A DNA stretch of 64,000 bases from Callorhinchus milii (GCF_018977255.1 NW_024704742.1:14014001-14078000), one strand, 5' to 3'; positions 12,401 to 26,634 are shown, numbered from the stretch's first letter. Notes: generated by a model from the letters alone, not told the origin. Numbers and translations are program-made.

Positions 12401-14129
12401 TGTTAGGATATAAGCCACTGCCATTGAGATAACGTGCAGGAATCCGTTGTTATTTTTAAGTTAGAGATTGATAGTTGAGAGCCTGGAAGATGGCCAACAA
12501 GTTGCAGCGTCTAATTTAGGGATAAAAACAATTCCCAGATTACTGCACCTTTCAGCTATTGTCAGACAGTCTGCGATATTTGAATTCCAGCAGGGACTGC
12601 GCAATATTTGAAGTTTGCCCTCAAAATATCACCTGAGAATTTTCTGCCACNTTTTTTTCCACTAGACTGAGTAGGTGACATTAGAAAACTAAATCTCTAT
12701 TGTACACACTATTTTTGGCTGCCAGCCAGGGTTTGCATTAATTTATCAAAACTCTAAGGGGACCCATACAATACCTGTGTTCCTGACTAAAGAAAATTCT
12801 AATCCTTTCCCCAAGTCAAAGCAATCTATGAAAACTCTGGGGGGTGAAACAACAACTTGCTGCAACATAGACCACATTACCCTGACACTCAGACACCCAC
12901 ATATCATATGATGCTTACACTAGTGCTGTTTTTATTCAGTTTGTTGCTGGAATCTCTCAGCTATGCCTGGAAGAAGGAGGATCTGCAGCAAGGGAGGAAT
13001 TGTCAGCTATGAAGGATGTACTCGGTAAAAGCCCGTCTATCATTTCACCATCCTTCTGAGTTATAGAGAATGGAAACAATATAAGGCTCCTTTTTTCCTG
13101 AAATAAGCAACATCAGGTGATGTAAGTGCATATTCGTATGATACATTTCAGCTTAGGGCAAAGATTCAGAGAAAGTTTGTTTCACAAAGTTGTGGCTGTT
13201 GTTTCCAACAATTGAAAAGGAAAATCACATCTTATTAATAACAAATGTTGTAACAGATGATGGGACAGTGTTACTTACCAACTGATGTTCATTAGTTCTT
13301 ACTGTCACTGGCATATCCCGAAAGCATGATTTAAGACTACATTGTTACCAATACCTGGGACAAAGCAGAAATGTGCCTCACAATCATAGGGTCTAGTCCC
13401 AGAAAAGAAGCACCTAACAACATGACTGATAGGTACTTGTTGGAAGGTCAAGTGTTTGAAACTAACAGAAAGGATGAGCAGAATTTATTTAAAGCTGAAA
13501 CAGCGACTGAATGTGAAAGGAAGGACTTGATATTTAAATACGGGACCTGAAACTGGCAGTTAAGATCAGCATCGCTTAACGCTGCACTTACTGTACAATG
13601 TTTTCAGTTTCAGATACACAACTTAGATGCATAAGATAAGTATAAGTTCAACAGATTCTTGGTTGATAGATTGAACACAATGTACAGGAATGCACAGCAA
13701 ATAGAAACAACACTCCTACATTGTCCAAGTTTTTATTTGCTGATGCATCGTTCCATAAAATCTGTCTTGGAGATTGAAAGTTGGACTCAGAAACTGCAGA
13801 CGGTGATCTCAAGTGCCGTTTTCAATAACTTGATTACAATTATCTACGCCTGACATCCACTCACTCAACTCAAGACTGATTCTGCCCATCCTGTCTTTTG
13901 ATTTCTGGTGACCGTCCAAGACTCAAATTATTATCTGTCATCCTGTTACTCCTGTTTTTTTTCTGTTGCATCACCTTAACTAGCACTGGCAAACAAACAG
14001 GACAGAATGGGCTATACGTGCATGGCTGCTACAGTCAAAAACAGTTTCAGGGCCCCAGCAACATAATCGTAACGGTTAATATTTCTCTGAATCAATCCAT
14101 TGAATTCCAGTGTTGCTCAGAAAGAAAAG

Positions 14130-14570
14130 GTGTGAAAGAACACACGAATATGAGTGGGACATTTGGTCCCTTGGCCCTATCCCATCCCAAAGAACATCTT
14201 TAGTTTATTTGCAACTTTCTTTTTTTGATCCTATTTCCTCACTGTTTTCATATCCTTTACTAGTCTCACAATTGCCTATCTGCCTGTCTATCTCCAGTTT
14301 AAACATCCCAATCACCTCTACATCCTTCTGGGCCAGTATATTCCACATTCTTGCAATCACTTGTGTGGAAGAATTTCCATCTTACTTCTGACTGTCTTAG
14401 CTCTAATTTTAACATTAGCCTTCCTTCCTCTATTCACTTTGTCAATTACCTTCATTTCTGTAATTTTCTCAATCAGATCGCAATGTATCCTTATCTTTGA
14501 AGAATATAGTTTAAGGAACTTCTCATCATAACTAAGACCTTTCATCCCAGGTGCCATCCTGGTGAATATT
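14130..14570 (-). mobile_element. Old CR1 3' fragment
   Basis: Minus-strand translation MAPGMKGLSYDEK..DLI matches the CR1 ORF2 C-terminus, with CR1-like 3' sequence after it. Confidence 0.75.
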
Positions 14571-14889
14571 CAGTATATATTATTTGCCAAGCATTAGGTG
14601 TTGATACCCTAACTTTGGGGCTCCATCCCAATTAGGAGTTTGCTCACAATGGAAAATGCAACACTCAACTCAACATAATATCGAGATCTGACAACAAAGA
14701 AACAAAAAAAGTCAAGAGAAACAGTGGTAATATTGGAGTTTAAATTGTGGATTCCTTAACAAGAAATACTGTTAAAATTCATGTGGTCCTGCAGGCAACC
14801 TGCTCCAGGTGTAGATTGTCAAAATGGAATTATTTCAAGTAGATTTGGCATATACCTAGAAGCCAAATGCATGACAACAAACACCTCTC

Positions 14890-15245
14890 ACTAGGGGACA
14901 GGGATTCTTTCCATTTGGCTCCTGTTAACCTTAAAAGGGTTACAGGGTTTGTAATGGAAAACTGTGAAGTTTCAGCTCATTAAACTCCAGGAGTCCCCTG
15001 ACACACTCACTCTGGGGTTGCCTAAGCCTTGGCTCTTGTCAATGTGTGCCTAATATTTGTGGAATTAGCTAAGCAGGGTATATGCCTCCAGAGAGTCTTT
15101 TACCTTATAATTGGTTGCAAAACAACTCCATGCGGCCAGTTTTGAACAAAGGCACAATTATTTAATTCCGTTCTGGACACAGGGAAATTTGTACATGTAG
15201 ATGGCCTGTATATATGCAACTCTCAGCTTGGTTTAGACACTCTTA
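14890..15245 (+). mobile_element. Family X copy
   Basis: aagccttggctcttgtcaatgtgtgcctaata and ctcagcttggtttagacactc match 5690-5850. Confidence 0.7.
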
Positions 15246-16060
15246 ACAACAACAACAGCTTGCATGTATATAGCACCCTCCACGCAGAGTAGCGCCTCGG
15301 AGCGCTTAAATATAGCAATGGCTTTCCAAATATTCTCGTCAACCAGGTGATCCAAAACAAAATCTGGATATCGGAAGGCTCCCTATTTGCATAACATAGA
15401 CGCCGTCTAAAGTAATTTCAGTAATAAATGTTCCAAATTAGACACAATAACTAGAAAAAGGAGAATAATAATTCTGGGAAGATTAAAAGAAAGCAAGAAA
15501 AGTATTTGATTCAATAAGTAATTAATAAATGAAATCTTTACTGAGTTGGCTTGATTAAAACAAAGAAAAAATGTATATATTTATAACACTATCTCACATC
15601 AAAACATACTTCAGATGTAATGACAATGACAATTTTGTGGGCAAAACCAGCATGTATACTTGTCTCACAACAACCAATGTCACACAAACAAATGTAAGGT
15701 GAATGATCAATTAAACTGGAGGGTTGTCGGCCAGGAAACCGGGAGACACTTTTTAAATCACAAGATCATTTTGAATAAAAAAGACCCTGCCACCATTTGA
15801 TCTCATCCTTCCAGAATACCCACCCTACTGTCGGCTCAATGCAGCATCAAGTTGTTTCGCAAAATTTAAGAATTACATAAGCCTAGTGTCTTGCTTCAAC
15901 AATTCTTCCTAGTAACCTGTTCTGGGCGTTACTTGCCCTATTGTCATGGAATCTTTAACCCTCCATGTTTTTGCCCAGGCTTTCAGCCATTCTATCTCCA
16001 TTCTCTGGAACTCCGTCTCAGAGTAACTCTGACCCTCCTCTTATTGAAGATCCATCTCCT

Positions 16061-16365
16061 GTGGAGTCCTGTAGCTCAGTGGTTAGAGCACTCGCTTTGC
16101 AAGTGAGAGACCTGAGTTCAATTCCAGGCAGAGGGCGAAACCTTGGGCAAGTTTCCTTACTCCACACAGAGCCTAATAATAATCCCTCCAAAAAACAAAA
16201 CAATAATAAATTGGTCATTTTCAATCCATGACTGTTTGTGGGAGATTACTGTGCGTATTTGGCTGCCGCGTTCGCCCACAAATATACAGTCAATTCACTT
16301 TACAGTATATTCTAGCTAGAAGACGTGAAAAGCACTAAGTCAAATGCAAGGATTATTATTATTAT
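16061..16365 (+). mobile_element. tRNA-Ala-derived SINE, young short-body variant
   Basis: A box tagctcagtgg, anticodon-like arm ctcgc-tt-TGC-aa-gtgag, B box gttcaattcc, then an L2-like tail and (TTA)n. Confidence 0.95.
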
Positions 16366-16557
16366 CTCAAGACGTACCTCTTTGTGCATCAGTCATCTTT
16401 CCTTTGCCATGACTTAAAATCCTTATTAAGGTATCTTCATCAAACAATACTGTGAATTATGCCCAACTGACAACATAATATATATATTTTTGTAAATGAG
16501 ACTTGCTCGACTGATTAATTTTTCCTTCTAATTTCTCTTCTTTCTTATTCCCTTAAA

Positions 16558-16915
16558 TGGAGTCCTGTAGCTCAGTGGTTAGAGCACTCATCTCGCAAGC
16601 GAGAGACCTGGGTTCGATTCCCAGCAGGGCGAAACGTTGGGCAAGTTTCCTTACTCCACATGCCTCTGTTTACTTAGCAGTAAGTAGGAACACAGTTGTT
16701 AGTTAATTGGCGGATCGCTTTTCCAGGGATAATAATTCCTTCAAAAAAAATTGCTCACTTCAATCCACGACTGTAGGACACTGCTTTGCGCAATCGGCTG
16801 CCATGTTTCGCCAACAAAATATACAGTCAATTCACTTTATAGTATATTCTGTGAAGCGCTTTGAGGCATCACAAAGACGTGATAAGGCACTGTATCAAAT
16901 GCAAGGATTATTATT
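16558..16915 (+). mobile_element. tRNA-Ala-derived SINE, long-body variant, full length
   Basis: Same head with a CGC loop, an extra about 55-60 nt block gcctctgtttacttagcagtaagtaggaac...ttccaggg, and the same tail. Confidence 0.95.
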
Positions 16916-18774
16916 GTTGTTCTATTCCTTTATTTTATATTTGGAACTTTTTTCAAAAAAATTACCTAAAATTTAGTGTGTCCGATTCTTTTTTCTATTA
17001 GTCTCTCCATTTGTATTTACCTCTCTACTCCTGGTCCCCAGCCTGTTCATCTTAGGGTGCAGTTCCACAGCTGATGATTGTCCTTCAGTTCCCTACCCAA
17101 GTGCCCATTGTTCATTTGTGAACCTTGATGGTGAGTCTCCTCAGCATCAAGTGCCGGCTTAAATGTTGGCAGACTTCTTGATTCAAGAAAGCGTCACAGC
17201 TGAGCCTGGCACCCTTCACTCAATTGCCACACATTACCAGGAGAGGTGCTGAAGAGGGATCAGAAGCAGGAACCCAACTTCACCCTCCCTAATCCTGCGA
17301 AGATCCATGTAGCCTCCAGATAGGACCAGCCACCTTAATACAGACCAGAATTCAAACTAGTGAGGTCTTGGTCCTTAAGCTGCACCTCTACCAACTACAC
17401 CACTGGGGCTTTCCCTACCATTTTGGTCTCTGTCTTCCTGTTCTGTTCCTTGATCTACTACATTTACTCTCAATCTGTTTGAATGTGCATCTGATCAGTA
17501 TGAAGCCAAAATCTATTAGATTGCTAAAACTGCATATTTACATAAGCAGCCAAAATTAGTATGAAATTATGGACTAATTCCCTAATAGAATGGCCTCTTA
17601 TGTTTTGTGCAAGTTATGAATGGACCTGATTGAAAAAACATACACACATCTGAAAGAATCTGGTTGGAATGCATGGACTGATATGTTCAGAGCACATGGA
17701 CGAATAAGTATGTATGGTTGCACAGAGGAAGTATAAAATAAAGGACATGACAAACATTAAATATATTTATAGTTTAAATTTTTAAAGACATTTAGGTGGA
17801 GGGTAATGACATATATTTTCTCCCCTATTTTGCCTACTGAAGATACCTCCTCTACCTTCTCTAAGAAAACACAGCTGGGGAGCTCAGTGATAGTCAGGAA
17901 ACACTGAGACAGTTGAGCAACTCAACATTTCACTGCTGCACTTTCTAGTCTCAGATGTTTCCTGGTTGGGATCAAGTAATAAAGTGACACAGAAAGCTGT
18001 GATGCTCAGTACAGCTCTATGGAGCCAGCTCTCCAATCCTATTAGGTGGAGTATGTCCTTGGTTTGGCCTTATCTCTAATGCTGCTTTTCATCAACAACA
18101 GCAACTTGCACTTATACAGCACCCTTCATACGGGTAGCATTTAATAGTTGTGCGGTTTGGAGTGGGGGGGATTTTAGTGACCAAAGGTATGGTCAAAGAG
18201 GAAAGTCTTCAGGTATGATTTGAAGACAGGGAGATTGAGGCAAATATTTCCAAAGATTTAGGGCATAGTGTTTCAGTTCAAGTCGAGGCATTTTAAATAA
18301 ATGCTAGTGAGCACACTTGAAACAGATAATAGGAAGCAGAGTGTAGTTACCAGTGTTCACAGTTGTAATTTTGGGTGCTCTGATTAACAATGTCTCCAAG
18401 GGACCAGTTCTAAGATCTGATGCTGATAATGTTAATTAATGGCTTTAATGAGTATCTAGTCAGTGGAATGTATAAGTTTGCAGAAGACAACAAATTGTTT
18501 GGGGAAAAAAGGTGTTACAAGATGAAGGCTGTCTTCCTTCAAAGAGAACTTTAATGCATAATAAGCAGGCCTACATATTACAGATGGCACTTAATGCTGG
18601 GCAAAGGTAATGTTTTTAGTAATGAATGTGATATACATAATTAAATCTTGAAGGATATATTGTTTTACAAAAATCACAAAGAATATTTCAGTGTGATAAT
18701 TCAGCAAATGTTTAAACTTTCATTACATTATATGCTAATGATTTCTAGGACAAATAGATTCTTGAAATCATTTT

Positions 18775-19120
18775 CATGATCCTCTCACTCGTTTTCAAAT
18801 TACTAATTCCCTCGTACTTCCCTACCTATCAGACCTGCCTATCCCCCACTCCACTACTCGCTGTCTCCGCTCGGCTGGCTGCAGCTTCCTTCCTATTTGG
18901 CCCCATACCTCTGTGCCTTCAATCACTATGCCTTGAAACTCTGGAACTCTCTCCCTCAATCCCTTCGCTTTGCTCCCTCACTCCCCACCTTCAATTCCCA
19001 CTTAAAGACCTTCCTTTTTGATTCTGCTTACAGTTATCTCCCCCCTCCCTCTACCCCCGGCTCATTGTCAGACTCCGTCACTGTGAAGCTCTCCAGGACG
19101 CTACCTCTCGTGAAGGGTGC
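18775..19120 (+). mobile_element. L2 3' fragment (tail type B)
   Basis: AFNHYALKLWNSLP..FNSHLKTFLF, followed by ccaggacgctacctctcgtgaagggtgct. Confidence 0.85.
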
Positions 19121-22014
19121 TCAGCCCAGACTCTGATCTTAAAACCCCGGCTTGAAATACTCCTACCTTGAGGCGAGAGTCCAACAAGCTGACACCTCGA
19201 CATGATGTTGACAATCTCTGAAGCATTGTGAGACTAAAAAAAATGTATGTTATCTATTTGTGGTCAATGTGCTTACAAAATACAAAGAGGCGTTGAAAAG
19301 GATTCAACGAAAAGCAACAAGAATGGTGCTTTTCTTTGAATCCTTTTCAAAGTTGGAAAGTTCAGCTGATCTCAAAACAGAAGTCACAAACTCCATCAAG
19401 GTTTTGTTTTCAGGCTGTTCATCCAAGAAAAGGCCGAAACAGTTCATCAAAAGTCAGAAAGGAACACAATCATGTTTTGGGGAACTTGATTATTTTTCTT
19501 TAGTGGAATATGACAGGGAATTTCCCAATTAGAATCACAAATCAAAAGTCGCTATTTACAAAGCAAGTTCCAGTTTGCAATTACACCATTTTCAAGTCCA
19601 ATTTATTTTCCAGAAATACATCTTGAACACATTTATATTGTCTCCTGTAACAGCCTCCGCTAGTCATGCATTACAAAAGTATATTACCTTTTGTGCAAAA
19701 AAAATTCCTGCTAACCTCCCTTCTTATTTCCAAATTTATAACTCGTGACTCTCTCATGTTTGAAACCTTCACATATTGAACACTTTGCCTGGATTAGCCT
19801 TCTCAATTCCCTTCACAATCTTGAAACTTGCATCAGATGATGTTTTTTTAAAAAAAGCAACTTCAAACTCTTTAACCTTTCCTCATAATTTTAATGCCCA
19901 AGACCTGGTAGAATATTAGCCTCCTTAAATTTGTACTCTATCCCTTTGCTATATTAACTCATTTAACTCAATTGTTGTGTTTATCATTTCACCCACTGTA
20001 CCCAAAATACCACTAACTCCGAATCTTTATTGATCATAATGGTGTATCACTGTTTCACTTAATACAAATTCCCTCTTTGTTTCCTTGCACCTGTACTTAA
20101 TAATTTACACTCATACACATGTAAACCACATTGGCTGCCAATGGCCCTCACTACCCAAAAAATGCAAAACCTTAACCTTCTGAATCTGATGGCATTCTTC
20201 CTCATTATTTGTTCTGCCTCTTATGTTGTGCCATCCACAATCTTGCAGATGTTTCTCAGGATACCTGTATTCCATTGATTCTGATTTGATTTATGAACAG
20301 CAGTCTCTCACAAGGTTGCTGTGCACATATTGGCTGTTGTGTTCACCCACAAAATACACACAGTCATATCAGTTTTTGCAATATATCCTGTGAAGTGCTT
20401 TGAGGTATCTCATCAAAGTGATATCAAATGCAAGGATTACATAAGTTACCACGATTAAATTTGTCCATTTGGAATTTTGTGTTGTGCCTCATCACTTTTT
20501 CCTCCAAGATAATTGTGACATTGCTTCCTTTTGGTTGTAGGGGGAAGGGGAAGGACATTGCCTTCAGCAGGCAAATAAATTGATCTCTCCATCTATTTCC
20601 TGGACCTTTTCGGCACTTTAAGTGTTACAGGGCAGATGGGACCTGGACTTAAGGCAGTCGGTGAGTGATTTCCTCAGTGGAACAAAGTAACCTTTGCTTA
20701 TCTTGGCTTAAACAAGTTGATTAAAGAGCAATATAGATAAATACGAGAAAAAAGAGCAGCATTGGGATTGGAATTAATGATTCGGTTGAAATAAATAGTG
20801 CCAGCATAAGCTCAAAGGTGAATGACCTATGCTGTAATTGCTAGGTTTTTATTGGGTTGTGATGGTGGGAGAGTAAAATGTGGCATGTGATATCATCACA
20901 TTGATCAAAAATCCAAGAAATAAATGATATTCATTTTTATAGTGTCTCATCATATTGAAGTGTCTCAGGCAACTTTGCTGCCAATCAGTTAAGTATAGTG
21001 ACTGTTTTTATAAGTAAATAGGGTAATTTGTAAATAAGTAATTTGTGTCAACAAGAACCCACAAGCAGCTATAAGGTGACTGACTGACCAATTGATCTAG
21101 AAGATTATTAACCAGGAAGGGAGAAACTTGCTTTTCTTGAATAATAGTGTTGTGGGATCCTTGATCTCCATCTGACAGAAGAGAAGACATCAGAGCTTTT
21201 AATTCACTCTCAACAATAAACCTGTATCCTCTGATCAGGCAGAGCTGGCTTCTCCCAGAGCAACATTTTGATGTTAAAAGGAAAGTTTGTACATCCCAAT
21301 AAAGAGGAAGAGAGTATACACTCCATTCCAGATATAGGGCAATTTCTATCTGTAGGTGGCATACATATGTGGAACTCTCAGTCTGGTTTCTTATGCATGG
21401 GGATGGGTTTCCATATGTGTCAGACACCTGGCTGATCAGAAAACAATTAATTAAGAGGAGAACATTAAATAGTTCTGTAAACAGTGTTTCAATGGTTAGA
21501 CTTTAGACAAAGTTTGACTGTATTTCTTAATAAAAAATAAATTGTATTTCATGACTTGGTGACTTGGTAAGAGAATGGACAGAGAGGAAGGCACTTGTGA
21601 CCTTTTGTAAAGTACTGCTGACACGCAGACTGTGCAGGAAGGATCAAACCACTTCCTGGAAAATGCAGCAAGAGATTATCATAAACCAGGCCAGGCTGAG
21701 TCATTATAGATTAGATAAGTTCAAACCGCTATCAAGCCTAAGTAAACAAGTAACTAGAAAACAGAGGTAACCTGGTCAAATACAATGGTAAGAAATTGAT
21801 GGTGAATCAAAAAACTCAGGTTAACGTTAAACTCTTATAATGCTTGCTTTTTTTCTCAAATCCCTGGTATGAAGAAGATCCTTTCGTCCATGTGATCTCA
21901 CCCTTCCAGAATACTCACCTTTCTATTTATCCATTTCAGCATCAAGCTGTGTAGTAAATGAGCCCAATGCCCTGGTCCCAACCGCCCTTCCTGGCAACCT
22001 GTTCCATTTGTTAA

Positions 22015-22430
22015 TTTATTATAATCCTTACATTTGAGATAGCGCCTATTAAGTTGGAAGGATATTTCAAAGTGCTTTGCAGGATGTACTACAGAATAAA
22101 GTGTAGATCTATGTGTTCTGTTGGCAAATTAGGCAGCCAATTTAGCATAGCAATGTCATACAGACAACCATGAAGTTAATGACCAATTTATTTTGGGGGA
22201 TTGTTGGCCAGAACACCATTGGGGGATTGTTAGCCAGGACAATTTCCTTCTATTTCCCTTCTTTCCAATGGGATCTTTAACGTCCACCTGATCAGGCAGA
22301 AGGACGGCACCTACAACAACGCAGCCACCCCCAGCACTGCATTGGACAGTCAGCATAGACTATATGTGTTCCAAATCCTGATGTGGGGCTTGAACCCACA
22401 ACCTTCTGACTCAGAGGCGAGCCATGCCGA
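22015..22430 (-). mobile_element. Deu-domain (SacSINE1-like) SINE
   Basis: Contains the tail, ggattgttggccag, atgggatctttaacgtccacctga and the head cttgaacccacaaccttctgactcagaggcgag. Confidence 0.8.
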
Positions 22431-23583
22431 ATTAACCTTCAGTGAAATGTTGTGGCTATGCCTCTGCACTCCAGCGTTGGCCGAAACCTATGGGAATGTA
22501 ACATGAGGGCAGGGGATTGAATCTGTTGTTTGAACGACAGGCTCGACTTAGGTTGGAGCACTGGTCACCTGAGTTGGACTTTGACACTTCTGATAAGAGA
22601 CAGTGGGGTGTCTGAGAGCTGTAAGCTTTTACTATTATAATTTCATCAAGATTTCATTTCAGCAAGTGCTGCTAATTGCCCCAGTGGGTTCCTAACTTCC
22701 ACTTCCTCATGGAAATGGATAGTAACTCACCAAAGATTTTTTTAGCATCGATTTAACTATGCTAAAGTCAATATCAGAATTTTATTTGCCCGTCAATTAC
22801 TTACTTTTACAAAATAAAGAAGCCCAAATTAAGCTAAAAATTAAGTACACCTGCACGTTCTGTGTTCTTCTTGGTTCCAATCAATTGCTTCCATGAAAAG
22901 CCCAGAGGGAACACTACAATTATAAATTCTCGTTTGTGTTGATAAAAGCTTGTCTGTGTACAGATGAATAAATATATGCTTGCTGATACTTAATGATGTG
23001 AGAAATGTATTATTTCTTGTAAAGAAGATTTACTCTTTTGATCAGCAAATGATAAAAGTTTTGGGTTGGACACAAGTCATTTTTATGATGATGAAATATT
23101 TATTAAAAAGTTTTAAAAACTATTAAAAAGTATTTTCTTTACATCAAACGAACAATCCGCCATTCTGCAAATCCATCTTCGAGTCCCACTGCCTAACCCT
23201 CTCTCCATCTCCGACTTAAAAACCTGCCTTAAAATTAAACTTTCCGACCACGCTTTCAACCATCTTCTCCCACCCTCCCACTTCTCATCAGTTTTGATTC
23301 CTAGTCAGCTCTTTGAGACATTCTCCCGGCATAATAGATGCTGTATAAATGTAAATTATTATTGTTGTATTGCTCATTGCTCCTCTTTTATACTTGATGT
23401 TTCTCTGGGCCCTTCAATGATAGAAACATCACACAAAACATTCTCTGTACACCATACAAGATGTTACAGCTTGCATTTGTATAGGGTCTTTCTGGTAAAA
23501 GAATCTCTCAGGGGCCCTGACAATGATGGACATGGGCAAGCAAATAAGAGGTTACAATGGGGAAAAACTGGCTCTGCTGATGC

Positions 23584-23777
23584 TACTGGCACCTGAACAC
23601 TGGGAAGGTCTCAATGTAAACTCTATTTTCAGCAGGGAATCCCCAGTATGTCATTGTGAAACACAGGACATGAGATACCATCAGAGCTGAAGTCTCACCA
23701 TTAGGCAAGCCCTACAGAGGATTTGCTGCTGAAAATAACATTTACATCAGCAGACTTTGGCTGTCAGATGCCAATAA
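23584..23777. repeat. Imperfect palindromic (MITE-like) element
   Basis: atgtaaactctattttcagcagggaatcc pairs with ggatttgctgctgaaaataacatttacat; the outer arm tactggcacctga pairs with tcagatgccaata. Confidence 0.6.
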
Positions 23778-24851
23778 TATTACAGCTTTCATCAACATTG
23801 TTTTTCAACCCCATTGTCTGGTCCATGTATAACATATAGAGTATAACATACAGAGAGAAGTGTATCACGTAGAAGATACACTTCAGGAACCAGTGAATTA
23901 TTGAAAATAGACCATTGAACTATGAAGGCACTGGATAAAAGTTTTGTAATCTTCGCACAGCAATCCTGGGATTCAGTTTTATTAAGCGTTAAATATTCAC
24001 CTTTAATGATGACCCTTTAATTATTTACAATTAGTCTCTGCTGGCTTACTGTTATGTTGGTGTACTCTTACAAGATGATACAACAATAACTTGCACTTAT
24101 ATAGCACCCTTCACGCAGGGAAGCATCCCAGAGCGCTTACACTGAAGAGCTGAGGTGAAATAACCCTGCTGAACTTGTCACGTCAGTATGAGGTTGGAGC
24201 TTAAAGAGGGAGGATGCTTGTCTGACTCAAAATAGTATGCTACATTTTGTAAGTTGATATGTTTCAGGAAACATTTTTGGATTTTGGAAACTTGTTCAGT
24301 TGAATTTTAACTGTTAAGTAAAGGACAGGGACAGTTTTTAAATCATTTAGCTTTTCTTGGGATACCTTTAATTCCATTTTTTCCTATTTTTTGTTTTGCT
24401 TCTACATTAATCATTTTCTGATGAGGCAGAATCCTGAATGTTTTGTTGTCTTGCTCTTTCTAGTGTGTGTGTGTGTGTGCGCTCTGAGCAGATTGCTCTT
24501 GTTTGGTGGCTGTTTATGTGGAAAATTCCACCACAGAATTGGAAAGGCTTTTTGTTTTTTCTCCACTTCAAAATGCTTCCTTTCATCTCCTGGAGTCACA
24601 GACTCTTGGTTTTATGGGTGTCGGCCACCCTTCATAACTTGCCAAAATGAGCACAAGTGTTGGCAGGATGTTCGATCATAGAGGTCATCATAGACATGCC
24701 TATCTAACCTCAGGATATACAGGGCGACCAAAAAGTTGTGATACCATTTATTTTAATAATAATTGCTTTATTTCTTCAAAGACAGTGTTCAGTGCATAAA
24801 ATATCAAAAGTACAGAAGTTGCTGTTACGTTCTTATTAAATAAATAAACTA

Positions 24852-25748
24852 CTCGATTACGGAAACTCCCTCCTCATCGGCCTTCCCAACTCTTCCCTTC
24901 ACAAGCTACAGACCATCGAAAACTCTGCAGCTCATGTACTCTCGCACACCAGGTTCCTCGACCCCATCACTCCCACCCTCGCCCGACTCCATTGGCTCCC
25001 CATCCCCCAGAGAATCGAGTTCAAGATCCTTGTCCTCACTTTCAAGGCCATCCATGGCCTTGCCCCCTTCTACCTCTCTGACCTGCTGATTTACTACCAA
25101 CCTGCCTGCTCTCTCTGTTCATTGGGCCCCGGTCTGCTCCATGTCTTCCGCTCTACCCGCCCTACCATCAGAGGCCGGGCTTTCAGCCTCTCTACCCCCA
25201 CAATCTGGAACTCCATCCCATGGTTCCTTCGCCTCACCTCACCCCTTGCCTCCTTCAAGTATAGTCCCAAGACCCTTAATAATAATCCTTGCATTTGATA
25301 TCGCGCTTTTCACGTCGGGAGGATGTCCCAAAGCGCTTCACAGAACACACTATAAAGTGAATTGACTCTATATTTGTGGGCGAACGCGGCAGCCAATTGC
25401 ACACAGCAATGTCCCACAAACAGTCGTTGATTGAAAATGACCAATTTTTATTATTGTTTTTTTGGTTTTGGAGGGATTATTATTAGGCGTGTGGAGTAAG
25501 GAAACTTGCCCAAGGTTTCGCCCTCTGCCTGGAATTGAACTCAGTTCTCTCGCTTACAAAGCGAGTGCTCTAACCACTGAGCTACAGGACTCCTTATCTT
25601 CGATCGTGCCTTTGTACCTCTCTGCCTTCCCTCACCACTACACCACCCCTCCCCCATGCTCGGGCCCCGACACCTGACTATTAAGCGCTTTGGAACGTCC
25701 TCCCGACGTGAAAGGCGCTCTATAGATGTAATTTTGTTGTTGTTGTTA
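24852..25748 (+). mobile_element. L2 3' fragment inserted in the mariner and split by a SINE
   Basis: LDYGNSLL...LHWLP..IEFKIL runs to aagaccctt (25277), resumes at ttatcttcgatcgtgcc (about 25594), and ends in tail A plus (TTG)n. Confidence 0.9.
25278..25593 (-). mobile_element. tRNA-Ala SINE, young, full length
   Basis: Reverse complement of the 16061-type copy. Confidence 0.95.
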
Positions 25749-25924
25749 TACTGTTTAAAAATAATACCAGAAGATGACTTCCGTGTATGTCTACACATTC
25801 ACGGCAACAAATAATAACATTTCCCATTACTTTCCTGAGTGAATCGGCTGGAATGAACTGTACAGCCAACTATATTGTCCTTCAGCACCATTATTGATTG
25901 TGGCCGATTTGGTCAGCAATTTTG

Positions 25925-26313
25925 TCAGTTTGTCAGTAGGCAGCAACTGTTGGGTAACTTGGATTTTATAAGGGAATAATTTCAAATCACGTTTTAATAT
26001 TTTTCGCACAGACTGTCTTTTCAGACTAAGTTCTTGAGACAGCCATTGCACAGTACTTTTAGGGATCCTGATCACCACTCTTCTGACTGATTTCATAATT
26101 CCAACTGTTCAAGGCCATCTGCTTCTTTATGCGTCTTTGACACTTCCTGTACCACGAAATGCAGAAACGTAGTGCACTTTGGACATCTTTGATGGATTAT
26201 CACGTAATCCAATTATTTTCCGAAACTGCTGTTGTGCTGCAATGACTGAATTTCTATTCCATAAGTACAGTTCTAACAATTGCAGCATGGTGTTCATTAC
26301 TCCATTTCTCCAT
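25925..26313 (-). pseudogene. Mariner-like transposase N-terminal (HTH) remnant
   Basis: ATG at 26313 gives MEKWSNEHHAAIV, then after a frameshift ELYLWNRNSVIAAQQQFRK...FRGTGSVKDA*RSRWP*T...LSQELSLKRQSVRKILKRDLKLFPYKIQVTQQL. This resembles DUF4817-type (maT/rosa-like) transposases; no DDD domain is visible. Confidence 0.85.
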
Positions 26314-26327
26314 AACTAGATCAATTT

Positions 26328-26634
26328 TGGAGTTCTCAGTGGTTAGAACACTCGCCTCGCAAATGAGAGACCTGTGTTCGATTCCTGGCAGGGCGAAACC
26401 TTGGGCAAGTTTCCTTACTCCACTCGCCTAATAATAATCCCTCAAGAAAAACAAACAATAATAAATTGGTCACTTCAATCCATGACTGTTTGTGGGACAC
26501 TGCTGTGCGCAATTGGCTGCCGCGTTTCGCCCACAAATATACAGTCAATTCACTTTACAGTATATTCTGTGAAGTGCTTTGAGACATCTAGAAGATGTGA
26601 AAAGCGCTATATCAAATACAAGGATTATTATTAT
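26328..26634 (+). mobile_element. tRNA-Ala SINE inside the mariner
   Basis: Head with a small A-box deletion, B box gttcgattcc, body and (TTA)n tail. Confidence 0.92.

Noticed and set aside
12651..12651. Single N base
   Set aside because: Assembly ambiguity, not biology.
12939..13024. Possible exon ttattcag|FVAGISQLCLEEGGSAAREELSAMKDVL|gtaaaa
   Set aside because: Weak donor, no recognisable protein, and no compatible neighbouring exons.
16061..16135. tRNA-Ala gene
   Set aside because: The acceptor stem is not closed, and the sequence continues into a SINE body and tail repeated many times in the window.
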